DNA of 64,000 bases from Azolla caroliniana (Eukaryota > Plantae > Polypodiophyta). A program made the position numbers and the translations under genes. The notes under the pieces are model-generated. The model saw nothing but the letters and a program-made list of their open reading frames with translations. It was not told where the DNA came from and made no database searches. Of this stretch, positions 10,595-23,823 are shown one piece after another. The DNA lies in NCBI GenBank assembly GCA_043228905.1, contig JBHGNT010000014.1, positions 13,950,001-14,014,000 on the forward strand, read 5' to 3'. Position 1 is the stretch's first letter. Each line of letters opens with the position of its first letter.

Positions 10595-13500
10595 TGTCAT
10601 GATATGGCAAGACTTGAACCCATAACCTTATTTTATATGGGTCGAGCTCTTGACCATTACATTATCTATTGTAATACGTAGGATATTATTTTCATTAAGT
10701 TTTATTATAGAAAATTATTGTATATTCCAGATTTCTCTGGAACATTCTAGAAGCTTCAGGACTATTCTTGAGAACACTATAAAAAGAGGCACAAGGCATT
10801 ATTTCGAACCAAATTGGTTCAACGCTAGTCATAAGCCTCATAGCTATTTTGTACTTACTCTTTACATAATATATCATCTGTTATCATCATCCTCTCTCTC
10901 TCTCTCTCTCGCCTTCACTATCTCTCTCTCGTGACTCTTACGTAGTCTGTCCTCTTAGTACTAAAGTACTTCCCTTCTCTAGTACTAATTCTCTGGCTGT
11001 TTTAGTACTATTCCTGACAGTTTGAACCAATTTTCCCTCTGGTCTTCTTTTCGGTTTCCCTCATCCTCTTACCCCTTTTTCCAATACTGTGGCTACTGTT
11101 AGCGCCCAGGAATATCAATCCGTTTTTTTTGAGCTACAATGTCTAAAAGAAAAATTCGTTCATTGGAACAAGAAAACCAACGATTGTTAGGGGATCTTCA
11201 ACAAATTGCTTTAGAAAAACAGCAAACGCAGCAACAACATGGGGAGATAGCGTTACGTGTACAACAACTTGAAGCAACCATCGTAGCGTTCAATAACAAG
11301 GATCAAGTCCCCAAGGACTTCATAAAGAACCCAAGATTGGTCTTCTTGTGAAATTCGATGGAACGTGCTCACAATTCAGAGGATTCCTTAATCAGGCATG
11401 CTTAGTCATGCAAATGTATCCTTCTCGATACCCCACTGATGCATCCCGAGAAGGCCTAATAGGCATGTTGCTCAGCGGCTCAACCTTGGCATGGTTCGCT
11501 CCGCTTTTGGAAAAACAATCTCCCTTGCTTAATAACTTTGAAGACTTTATTAGCGAGTTTAAAGCCTACTTTGGAGATACCGACAACATCAGGATGGTGA
11601 TCAACAAAATCCAACGATTGCGTCAAGGCGATCATCTAGTCTCTGCCTACGTGGTGGATTTCCGTCTACTCGCCTCAAATATCCCCTGGGATGATCAAGC
11701 ACTAATGGAGCAGTTCCGCTACGGCCTGCGAAATGACGTCAAAGATTTACATTTAACCTTTCCCGAAGAACCAAAATCTCTTACAGAGGCAATAAGTCGA
11801 GCGGTCCTATGTGACAACCGCATTTACGAACGACGTTCGGAACGTCAATTTCAAATGTCACAGACTAGGCCAGAGCCCACATATGCCTCAGTCACAGCTG
11901 AACCGATTGCACGAGATGTATCTCAGGCAAATACTCTGACGCCGATGGAGATCGACACCATGCATCGACGTGGCCCGTTATTGGAAGAAGAAAAGCAACG
12001 ACGACGTGCAAATCGATTATGTCTTTATTGCGGTGGACCAGGGCATATCGCCATCAACTGTCCCCATAGGCCAAGAAGATAGGTAAATCAAATCGTAGCC
12101 TGTACTAAACCCGAGTCAATTCCTTTAGGAGTGTCTAATAGTATTAATAGTACTGATAGCCCAAGTATCTCAAACAAATTTGAAATCCTTAGTCAATTAG
12201 AGGAAGAGTTAAACGACTAAGTCCAACCAAAATAGGAGCCGTTTGGTTGGACAACCCTAGATCTGTGCAGCCCATTAGTGGTTCCATTCCCTCTAAGCAA
12301 GTTAGCAATGTGTTCTTAGCCCAAGTCATGATTAGTACTAAAAGTACCCCTCCAATACATGTCTTAGCACTTTTAGATTCTGGAGCCAATTCCTATTTCA
12401 TGGATAGGAATTTTGCCCAAGCTTCTTAGATATCCTTAAGAAAACTTCCTTGCCCCACATCTGTAGTAGTCATTGATGGTCATCCCATTGCTTCTGGGAA
12501 TATCATAGAAGAGTTAGAACCCATTCAGGTTGTCCTAGATAGCTTTGTGTGTGTGGTATCATTTAATATAATTAGTAGTCCAGAGCATCCCATTGTCTTG
12601 GGATTACCTTGGTTTGAAGTATATAATCCAGACATAGATTGGAGAACAAGAGAAGTCTGGTATTGACAACCTCGAGAATCTACTCATCGAGTTTTGACCA
12701 TTTCGCTCCATCAATTATGCGAAGAAGGACGCAAGGAGTCAATGTTTCTATTTGCAATATCAATACATCCTTCCAGCACTATTAAAAAGGAATCCTTAGT
12801 TCAACTTCCTGCGAAATATCATCCTTATGCCGATGTATTTGACAAGGTCAGAGCTGGTACTCTTCCCCATCATCGTCCCTATGATTGTCCCATCGATTTA
12901 CAACCAGGAATAGAGCCATTGTGGGGACCGATTTACAACTTGTCACCAACCGGGTTGGAAGTCCTTCGAGCCTACATAGAAGAGAATTTGGCAAGCAGGT
13001 TTATTCGTCATTCGAAATCTACGGCCGGTGCACCCATTTTCTTTGTCAAAAAGAAAGATGGATCCCTTCGTCTCGTCGTTGATTACCACGGATTGAATAA
13101 GGTCACCATTCGGAATAGGTATGCACTTCCCCTTATATCAAGTCTATTAGAACGTGTAAATGGTGCCAAGTTTTTTACAAAAATCGACTTACGAGGAGCA
13201 TATAACCTCGTACGGATCCGACTGAGAGACGAATGGAAGACCACTTTTTGCACCCGATATGGGCACTTCGAGTATACCGTTATGCCGTTCGGTCTAATCA
13301 ATGCGCCCGCAGTCTTCCAACACATGGCAAATGATATATTCAGATATCTCTTGGATATCTGTTTGATCATCTATCTAGATGATCTATTGATTTATTCGAA
13401 GACCTAGGAAGAGCATGATTCTCATGTACTATTAGTACTAAAACGACTCCGAGAGCATGGTCTTTATGCCAAACTAGAAAAATGTAGCTTTGATTGCAAG

Positions 13501-16208
13501 CTAGTGGAATTTCTAGGCTACGTCATCTCCTCAAAAGGCATCTCCATGGATCCAGCTAAAGTTCAAACTATGCTAGAGTGGCAAACTCCACGTTCGTTAC
13601 AAGATGTGCAATGTTTCCTAGGCTTTGCTAACTTCTACTGCAAGTATATACAAGATTACTTGAAGATTATTTTACCTCTCACACAACTTACCAAGAAGGG
13701 GCAATCATTTCTTGGTCCAATGCAGCGGACATGGCTTTTATGCATCTTAATAAAGCCTTTACATCAGCTCCTATTCTAGCTCATGTGGATACAAACAAAC
13801 CATTCATCATGGACGCCAACACATCAGATTTCGCCCTCGGTAGCATCCTTTCACAACAAGGAGATAAAGAAAAGTTACATCCTTTGGCTTTCCACTCACG
13901 CAAATTTGATGCCGCGGAAATTAACTGCGAGATACATGACAAGGAGTTATTAGTCATCGTGGATTCATTTGTGTAATTGCGGCACTTCTTAGAGGGCTCT
14001 CCTCATCAGGTCATCGTCTTTAGTGATCACAAAAATCTTGCTTACTTCCAGAATGCTCGTGTACTAAATCGACGACAAGCTCGGTGGGCCTAATTCCACA
14101 CGCGTTTTGACTTCAAAATCACATATCAGCTGGGGAAGCAGCAAGGAAAACAGATGCACTATCGCAGCGTTCATATCTTGCACCTCGTCCGGGTGATCCA
14201 ACATTTGATAATAAAAAACAGGTAATCTTGGGACCAACACGTTTGCACACAACGTGGATTTTTCACACTCCACTCGATTCCCGGATGATCGATGCCATAC
14301 GGGTCAACTTGAAGACGGATAGTTTTGCTCAAGCCATTCTAGCACAAATTGATGCCTCTCGGGCATCCTATTTCAATTCTCAACAACCAGGTATGGACTA
14401 TCGACAATTCGAATATCATGATGGTTTATTATTCTTTAAAAAGCTCGTGTATGTTCTTGATTGCTCCTGTCGCCTTCAAATCGTCCAAAATTGTCACGAC
14501 ACCCATACAACTAGACATTTCGGTTGTAGTAAGACGTTGGATCTAGTTTGACGATCCTTTTGGTGGCCCCATATGCGATGTTTTGTCGACGACTATGTTC
14601 AAACTTGTGATGCTTGTTGCCGAGCAAAGATGTCACGACATCATTCATATGGCTTGTTGGAATCCTTACCAATTCCAAGTAACCCGTGGCAATCCATTTG
14701 TCTTGATTTTACCACAGATCTTCCAGTCTTGAAGGGTTTCGATGCTATCTTAACCGTGGTCGATCGATATACTAAGATGGCACATTTTGTACTAAGGCCA
14801 TCACTAGTGAGGAAATCGCAACCCTTGTCATGCGTGAGGTATTTTAGCATCATGGCCTCCCAGACAATATCATTAGTGACCGAGGACTTCAATTCTTCTC
14901 CAAATTTTGGAAGCATCTGTTCAAGATGCTCAAGGTCTCTTGCAACCTCTCCTCTGGCTACCATCCCCAAACCGATGGGCAAGCAGAACGAACAAATCAA
15001 ACGCTGGAACAATATCTTTGGTGTTTTCTAAGTTATCAACAAGACGATTGGGCTGATATTCTCCACTTTGCAAAGTTTGCGTATAACAACGCTATTCACT
15101 CCTTGACTCAGATCTCGCCATTTTATGCTTCTACCGGTTCTCATCCTCGCTGGTATGTGATTGACACTTCAGAGCTACCTACCAATCCTCGTGCCGAGGA
15201 TCATCTAGAGAGGCTATGCAAGATTCAGACGGATCTATCTACTCATATTCGTCATGCTCAAAACACACTCAGAAGACTTATGTAGATCGTCATCGGCTTC
15301 CCTCCTCTTTTGCCATTGGAGATTGAGTATGGCTCTAACGTCGTCACATCAAGACAACTCGACGAATTGGATTATCGACGACTTTGTCCTTTCCGTATTA
15401 CGGGCAAGATTAATGATGTCACGATCCGCCTTGATCTTCCTCTGCACCATCAGATACATCCGGTCTTCCATAGTTCTCTTCTGGAGAAGAACCTTATCAG
15501 GCCAACACTATTCCCGATTGTGTTACACCACCGCCGCCCCTGCTTGAGTTGGACACCGGCCCGGAGTATGAAGTTGCTGCCGTCTTCGACTCCAAGTTTG
15601 TTCGTAACAAACTTTATTATTTGGTCGATTGGCTTGGCTATAGTTTGAGCGAATGTACTCGGAAACCCGTCGAGCATGTCGCCAATGCTCAGGATCTTCT
15701 TGTTGATTTCCATCAAAAGTATCCAGACAAACCCGATCCACAATTAGCGCCGACTCGTGACACTCGTCGTCTTAAGGGGGGATATTGTCATGATATAGCA
15801 AGACTCGAACCCATAACCTTATGTTATATGGGTCAAGCTCTTGACCATTACATTATCTATTGTAATACGTAGGATATTATTTTCATTTAAGTTTTACTAT
15901 AGAAAATTATTGTATATTCCAGATTTCTCTGGAACATTCTAGAAGCTTTAGGACTATTCCTGAGAACACTATAAAAAGAGGCACAAGACATTATTTTGAA
16001 CCAAATTGGTTCAATGCCAATCTTAAGCCTCATAACTATTTTGTACTTACTCTTTACATAATATATCATTTGTTATCATCATCCTCTCTCTCTCTCTCAC
16101 CTTCACTATCTCTCTCTCGTGAGTCTTACACAGTCCATCCTCTTAGTACTAATAGTACTTCCCTTCTCTAGTACTAATTCTCTATCTGTTTTAGTATTAT
16201 TCCTGACA
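10595..16208 (+). mobile_element. Element B: full-length Tcn1-like chromovirus (gag-PR-RT-RH-INT-chromodomain), pseudogenised
   Basis: LTRs 10595-11019 and 15786-16208 (TGTCA..TGACA); flanks GGGCG/GGGGG; purine-run PPT at 15774-15785; CCHC CLYCGGPGHIAINC, LLDSGA, YLDD, chromodomain EYEVAAVFDSK..YYLVDWLGY. Confidence 0.95.
11139..15775 (+). pseudogene. Element B gag-pol with multiple stops and frameshifts
   Basis: ORF fragments: 11348-12082 gag, 12247-12429 PR, 12694-13407 RT, 13731-13976 RH, 14573-15285 INT, from 15549 chromodomain. Confidence 0.9.
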
Positions 16209-19119
16209 GGGGGACGGCTTCTTGTGTGTGTTCGTCTTGCGGGCCTTCGTCCGTGTGTGCCACTTCTTGTGTCGGTTCTTTGTGTGGCATTTTTGGCATA
16301 GGTCCTTCAACCGTATTTGTCATTGTGGTGCCGATGGAATATAGGTGCGCATCCAAGGGTGGGTTCGGTGGTGCCGTGGTGACCTCTGGGAGTTCTTCTT
16401 CTAGGTGCTTTGGTGCTTCTGTTGTGTGCTCCCCGGAGTTGTTGTCAGGGAGTATGATGGTCATTGCCCTTTTTCCTTCTTTCTCCTTCCTTTGCTCGTT
16501 TTCGAATGCCTAGAGTTGGAGGGAGGTGTCGAGCTGGCTGTCTCCGTACTCCTCTAGCAATCACGCAATCTCCTTAGAGTATCGATCAGACAAGGCTTGA
16601 TAATCTTGCATAAGGTCATTGTGGACCGTGGCAATGCTTTCTTCATTAAGTTTGTAGAAGCCCTTACCGTCTTTTTGCCAATTCACCTAGTCGGCCCGGT
16701 ATGTGTGGAGCTCTACGACCTGCTTTGCCCATTCAGCCCATCCTCTATTCAACGCCGCTTGAAGTTGGTGTGTAAATCTTTCACACGCCATTTCTAAGAG
16801 GATCTTTATGCACTCCGTGTTCATCTCTATGTGAGTCGGCATCTCCTTGAGAGCCGTCTTGAGGTTCGAAATTTTGCTTGCATTGGAGGCCGCGTTTTCT
16901 TCATAACGCGACTTTACCTCCTGCCATAGCTTCAATTATTTATCGTGCAGTTCATCGAGTCGGCCCATTTCATTGTTTAATCACACTTTGACTTCTCTCT
17001 TCATTTGACACTCGATCTCGATTTGCTCGTGGTACCATTGGCCTTTTTTTTGAGCAGCCTCTAGTAGTGCCGTGATGATCCCTTCAGATCGACCGACTTC
17101 TCCCTTTTCCTTATTGAGCTCTTTGGTCGTCTTTGTGTGAGCTGTGATTTCGGTGTCTAATTTGTCTTGGATCGTCTTCACGACCTTCCATCCCTTGGCC
17201 TAGATATCTATCTCACAATCCGACGATTGTCGGAGTTCGGAGCAGAGTCCCTCGATTTCTGTTTCTGCGATTTCCACTGTTCTTTTCGCTTTGGATGTCT
17301 GAGCTTTGACTTCCTCGGGAAGGCTTTTTCTTTCGGCTGTGGGGGAGGTTGTGTTAGTGGTTGAGGAAGTTTTCTCCTGCAAGCAATGCCCCAACTCCGC
17401 GATCTTTGTTTGGGCCTTTTCCAACTACTAGTTCGCAAGTTTTTTGGCCTTCCTTGCAGTCTTGTTCTTGCGGACCATGTCCTTCGTGGCGTTTTGGACT
17501 GTGGCGAGCTCGCTTTGTAGTTTGACTAAGGCAATGTTTAATGGGGGCAACTCGATTCCCATACGACCTTCATCCGCATTCCGCATCCAGCCGTTTTGCT
17601 TAAAACGCAATCATCTTCTCTCTCTGCTACACTGGCCAGAGCTCGCTCAATCATATGCCTTTTCACATGTTTCTCCGCCATGTGTTGCGAGAATTTTATT
17701 TGTTGCATCGCTAAGAGCTCCATGATTTTGAAGGAGGTGCCAAATTGGAGCAGTGCTGCGAATTCATGGGCCACAGCTGCCATCTCTAAGTAGGCCATTA
17801 CGACATTATCAGGCATGAGGATGCCTTTGGCTCTCTCTGTATTGCTGGTCAGGGTCGATTGGGACCGCGGAATTTCCTCAAGCATTTGCGTGGGTTCCGT
17901 TTCAACGGTTACTACGGGGTTAGGTTGTGGGGCTACGTCTTTTACCAAACCTCGACTGTCTTTTCGATCTAGCCGATGACGTTTGGGCTTGGGGCTGCTT
18001 GTTTGCTCCTCGGTTTCATCCTCAGGAGGGGTCCACTACTCGTTTTGGGGAATGACGGGTTCCGGGGCCCGAGTGCTATCTTCCTGCTCCCATTCTATCA
18101 TTGCGAGGTCATCAACCCTTCGCTTCTACTAACGTAGAGCTGGCGAAGGATGGGCGAGCCCGGAGCTGGGAGAACCTATGGGGGGGAACAATATCATGAA
18201 ATATTGTTGGATTATCGGGCAGAGGTTTTTACCTACCTAGAAGGCGTGGAGTCCTTCACGTAGGGAGAACTCTGTGATAACTCCCCAATCAACGATGTCC
18301 CTTAGAAAGTCAAAATGATGATGAAGGCTTTCTACTTTGGCATCCCATATGCATTATGATCCCACCTCTAACAAGCACTTCGTGATATTTTGGAGGAGAA
18401 TGGGTCAGGGGCATCTCGTGTCCTATAAGCTTTCACCAAGAGGGAATATTCGCCAAAGTAGTGTTCGAGGACCTCTGATGGAGGGATCTCGAACTGGTGT
18501 TCTCTTGATGGTGGCGGTGGTGATCATATTGATGTTGATTGTGGTTGCTATGTCATGGGAGTTGGGGTGGGGCGGTGCCTCCACCACTCGGGTGTAACCT
18601 GCTAGGCCGTCGAAGAGCAGGAGAAATGTCAATCGGCATGGCGATGTCGGCGTCTAGTGGTGCAGAGAGGTTGTCTGTGCACTGGGAAGAGCGAGGGGAG
18701 CGGGCTGAGGGAAGGGCACGAGGAGGGTTTGAGAGCCTTCGGGAGCGAGGAGAGCGAGGAGAGCAATGAGAGCTTAGAGAGTGATGAGAGTTTCTGCAAT
18801 GTGTAGAGAAATGGCTCGAATCCCCTTTTTGTGAGGTTGGGATGTTAGGGTTCAAGATTCATAGATCCATGTTGGCACACGTGTACTTGCTTTCTTGGGA
18901 TATGCGTCTGCATGCAAGATCTTTAAATAATTCTAAATGTTCTTTTTTTTTCACTCCACACCTAATGATAATGGCTATTACTATGATACATTAATGGTAC
19001 ATGATTATAGAGTGGGGTCGCATTAATGAGGTATGCGTCCAGCCCCCGAAATTGATGTGGCAGGGAGTGGGCCGACGTTCTCATCCGCTAATTTAGCGGT
19101 GTTTCGGAAAGGGTTTGAT

Positions 19120-20936
19120 GGTGTGGGTTCTCTGTACGGCTTGAGTTGGAAGCCGTTGACCTTTTGTCACAAACGGTGAGAGTGCTGAGCTCGATAGTAC
19201 CGTTTTCGACACAGATTATCCAATACGGGCCTGTCCACCGAAATTAGAGGTTTTTGGGCATTTTTCTCATGCATGTCTGGAACACGAGTACAACTTTTTC
19301 GATTTCGACAAATTTCTCGTTACCCCCTCGATGCCAATCGACGAACGCCTTTCAACAGAGGTGCTGCTATTCCAGGACCGCTATGCTTTGTACCCTATCT
19401 TCGCCGAGTTCAAGAAGTTTTTGCAATCATACTTGCTCTAACTATTTTTCGGGAAGGTGTTCCCGAATCTGTATCCACATGCTCGAAACCTGGAACTCGA
19501 AGGGCATTATGGCTTCGAGTCCAAAGGCTAACCGGAATGGGGTAGAGACTGCATACTGGTTTTAAAAGTTACTTGTTTGGTATGCCCATAGGGCGCTTTG
19601 AAGCTTAATATCATAATCCATGTGGTTTTCATTGACGATCTCTTTAGAATATTCTGTATGGTTTTGTTCGTTGACCCCGCTAGTCCATTCACTTGAGGGT
19701 AGTACGGGGTACTCTTTTTGTGAACTACGACGTAGTGGTTGGTGAACACGTGAATCCCCCGTATTCAAGAAGTGGCCTCCTTGGTCACTGACAAGTTCGA
19801 TCAAGCATCTAAAGCGGCACCAGATGTTTTCATAATTTTTTTTTTTGGTGGATACTCCTGTGTTGTCCCGTAATGCTTTGGCCTCTACCCATTTGGTGCA
19901 GTAATCTATTGCGACCAAAATGTATATGTTGCTCGTGTGCGCCGCGACTGTGGTAAATGGGTCGACGAAATCAAGGCCCCATTTTTGGAATGGCTCTAAT
20001 GTGACCACAGGCTGATGCGACGTTTGGGCTTGCTCCGTAGGTTGTCTCATTCGCTGACATAGGTCGCACTCTCAGTAGTACGCATGGTCATCCTTCTGTG
20101 TGGTTGGCCACCAGAGCCCACTTTGTCTTATCTTTTGTGTGGTAGTGTCACCCGCGTAATGGCCCTCGTCTATATTGCAATGGGTTTCTTGTAACACGGC
20201 TTCCTTCTCATCATTTCAAACACACCTTCACCAAATGCCGTCGCTTCCCTTGTGATACAAGGTTTCTTTTAATAAGAAAAAGTTACGTCTCCTGGCCGCC
20301 AATCGCTTCTTGTCGTCCGTTCGCATCCATGGAGGTGGTAAGCCTGTGCTCAGGAAATGGCTCATATCCTCGATAACATTCTCTCCGTTTTCGATATGAC
20401 TTAGGTAGTCGGAAACCACATGTTGAGCGCCTGGCTGATGCAGGATCTCGAATTTGAATTCCTATAATAGCACCATCCAACACGCCAGCTTCCTTGTAAG
20501 CGACTACTTCGACACTAGATAAAGAAGTGCTGCGTGATCCACATGAAAGACGAACTTTCGGCACCCAATAGGTAGTGTGAAAATTTATTGATGCTATATA
20601 TCATACCTAGGGCTTCGTGCTCGGTCTTAGAGTAGTTATGTTTGGTGACCGAAAGTTTCTGACTAGAGTAATAGACAAGTTGATACCAACTCGGTTCGGT
20701 CAACTGCATCAATGTGTTGCCAATGGCTATGTCCGACGCATCCACGAACTCGTGGAACCATCGCGTTCGATACAATGGTTGTACCACCGATGCATGAGTG
20801 AGAATGACCTTCAAGGCCGTGTACGCCTTGTCCTCCTTCTCTGACCAACTGAACGCCGATCCAAGGGTGTCACAAAGTCCGCTAGATAATGCAACCTCCG
20901 ACAGTGCCTATGGATCTGTCCCAAAAAATGACTCAA
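19120..20936 (-). pseudogene. Element A RNase H-integrase remnant
   Basis: FVDASDIAIG, FQKWGLDFVDPF, DYCTKWVEAKAL, STPYYPQVNG; collinear with the J pol. Confidence 0.9.
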
Positions 20937-22371
20937 TGTCATGAACACCTGACCATTATGGCGTCATCCGGACTTGAACCTAGGACCTTGTAATCCATGA
21001 TTGAAAACCTCAACCATTAAGATAGCTTATTGTCACATGAGAGCATAAAAGCTACTTTGATTATTGTAAAACTCTGGATCATTCCAGAATGTTCTAGAAG
21101 GTCCTAGAACATTCTAGAACATTTTAGAAATCTCTAAGCTATTCTATAGGAACCTATAAATAGGGGCATACATGTATTCTCGAATCAATTCAAATCAAAC
21201 TGTCAGAACCAAGAATAAAAGATAGAGTGATGGAAGAAGGATATAAGAGAACACGAGAAGAAAGGAACGAAATGCTAAGAGAAGAATGGGTGTATTAAGA
21301 TAGAAAACGAATGAGAATGGATACAAGATATGTAATGAGAGCCCAAACGACATGCCTGTATACTTGAAATGACCATACCGAGTACAAAATGCACTTTTCC
21401 ACTCATCTCCCGATTGAATTTGAACAAGATTATATGCACCTACAGTTTTTCAACATATGGAAAATGACCTTTTCCGGGATTTCTTGGATATCTTTCTCAT
21501 CATCTACCTAGATGATTTGTTGATTTACTCTAAAACATAGGAGAAGCATGATATACATGTGTAGAAAGTGCTTAAACGCTTAAGAAAGTATGGTCTTTAT
21601 GCCAAACTTGAGAAATGCAGTTTTGATTGCAAACAAGTCGAACTTTTGGGATACACTATTTCATCCAAGGGTATTTCCATGGATTCGGCAAAAGTCCAAA
21701 CAATATTGGAATGGAAACCCCCATGCTCAGTTCAGGACGTCCAGTGTTTCCTCGGATTTGCCAACTTCTATCGCAAATTAATACACAATTATTCAAGCAT
21801 TGTGTTGCCCCTCACCCAACTCACTAGGAAAAATCAAGCATTTTTTTGGAGTATCGAAGCGGACAAGGCTTTTCCTCAACTGAAAGAGGCATTCATGTCA
21901 ACACCTATCCTAGTGCATATTGATCCCGAAAAGCCATTTACTATTGAGGCGGATGCATCAGACTTCACATTGGGGAGTATCCTATCACAACCAGGCAATG
22001 ATGGGCAGACTCATCCAGTCACATTTCACTCGAGAAAATTTACTGTTGCAGAAATAAACTATGAGGTGCATGACAAGGAGTTACTAGCTGTGGTCGACTC
22101 ATTCGAGTTATGGCTAAATTTCCTAGAAGGATCGCATCATCAAATTATCATTTACAGTGATCACAAAAATCTCACATATTTTCAAATAGCTCGAGTATTA
22201 AATAGACGACAAGCTTGGTGGGCCCAATTTCTAACGCATTTCGATTTCAAGATTATTTTTCGCCTAGGAAAACAACAGTCAGGAATAGTACTAAAAATAG
22301 AGAGAGAATTAGTACTAGAGAAGGAAAGTATTATGAGGATTAGTACTAAGAGGAAAGGAGTGTGTAAGACT

Positions 22372-22426
<55 letters not shown>

Positions 22427-23823
22427 TAGATAGATTATATTATCATCTTCGGAGATCAAATATGACCTATGAGACCAAAAAATATTACATTTCACATGAT
22501 ATGTGTGAAAGTGAGTAGTGACTCTCGATGTTCAAGAACTTTACCAATGAATGTTGCAATCGAGAGTGCACATTGTGGTTGTGAGAGGAATTCATGCAAA
22601 GATTGGGCTCGGTCGAAGAACTTTACCAATGAATGTTGCAATCGAGAGTGCACATTGTGGTTGTGACAAGAATTCATGCAAAGATTGGGCTTGAATGTGA
22701 TAAAAGGCAGAGCATTGTATCAAAGTGTGATACTCAGACTCGCGAACTTGTTTAGGGCAAAGTATGCATAGTCGACCACTCTCATCACTTGTGCCCCAAC
22801 GCCCTATTTCACATCGCAATGCATGTGAGCTAAGTCACATGGAAGCAATGGTTCGAATGGCAGATAACGGTATGGGCTCTAACATGTATCAATGTGTATG
22901 ATTTCCCCGTTCCGCAAAGAATATGGTTCCACAAAGAACATGTGTAGTATAATGTGTGAAGCGTGAGCCTCCACATTTGTCCAATGTCGTGATACATTGG
23001 CGTTGCAAGAAGACCTCATTTACAGAGAAATCTAATGATGCATCATGAAGCAAGTGTCTTGCATCCCATCTACCAAACCATTTTTCTATATATTGCATCC
23101 AACTGGAACACAAAATTTTGCTTTTATGCGTTGTCGTGAAGAAAACCGTCCACAAGCGGAATCGGTGTACCGGAGCGTAGAAACCGACTCTTCATGCACG
23201 TGCGCCTTAAGTTGTACATAGGAGATCATAGGAAGATTCGGTAGGTAGGGAGTAAAGGGGAAACGGCTCCTTCCTTGCCTATAAAAGGAGGGAGACGAGG
23301 AGAGTAAGGGGATCGCGGTGAGTCGAGGACGAAGTGCTGTCGGTTTGCGTGCGAAGGCTTCTCTCTCTCTCTCTCTCTTTCTGGTTGCAAACGCCATAGC
23401 TTCCTTCTGTGCAGGTTTCGGGAGGCCCGCGCTGCTCTGAGGAATGCCCGAGTGCTTCCGGCAGCACCTCCAACCTACTCATTCCCCTCTGTGCGTTTAC
23501 GAACAGGTATCGGCATCTGTTCGCCGGCCTGTTCGGTTGTAACCGACTTCGTGTTTTGTTGTCTTCGTGTTCTTGTTGTTTGTCTTGTCAATACATATAT
23601 ACTTTCGTGTCTTTCTGTGTCGCTGTCCCACTCGCGTCTTTGCGTCGAAGGGCCGTGTCCCTGTGAATCTACGCTCGCACGTAGTGGGTCTCTCTCTCTC
23701 TCTCTCTCTCTCTTACTCTTCGGTACAGGACCCCCGAGGTCCCGCCTCACTCCACGTATCCGCGAGGAATACCTCGACATATTTGGTGAACCCGACGTGA
23801 AAGAGGCGGCAGAAGAGCAGAAG

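Larger units (their letters stand above)
10393..18639 (-). pseudogene. Element A 3' extra ORF (homologue of the J 886-aa ORF), disrupted and split by B
   Basis: Motifs MPIDIS, AYLEMAAVAHEFAALLQFGTSF, LPPLNIALV, GWAEWAKQVVELHTYRAD; the C-terminal EPNILDIFD is duplicated in an ~84-bp tandem repeat at 10397-10560. Confidence 0.8.

Noticed and set aside
20959-21026. Functional tRNA gene within the LTR
   Set aside because: Acceptor and anticodon stems do not pair; reported only as a tRNA-like promoter module.
21568-22425. RT-RH ORF with an ER-repeat tail as a fusion protein
   Set aside because: Reads through the junction into D's LTR and its GA repeat.
23784-23800. tRNA-Trp gene
   Set aside because: Only the 17-nt complement of the tRNA 3' end, next to an LTR: a primer-binding site.
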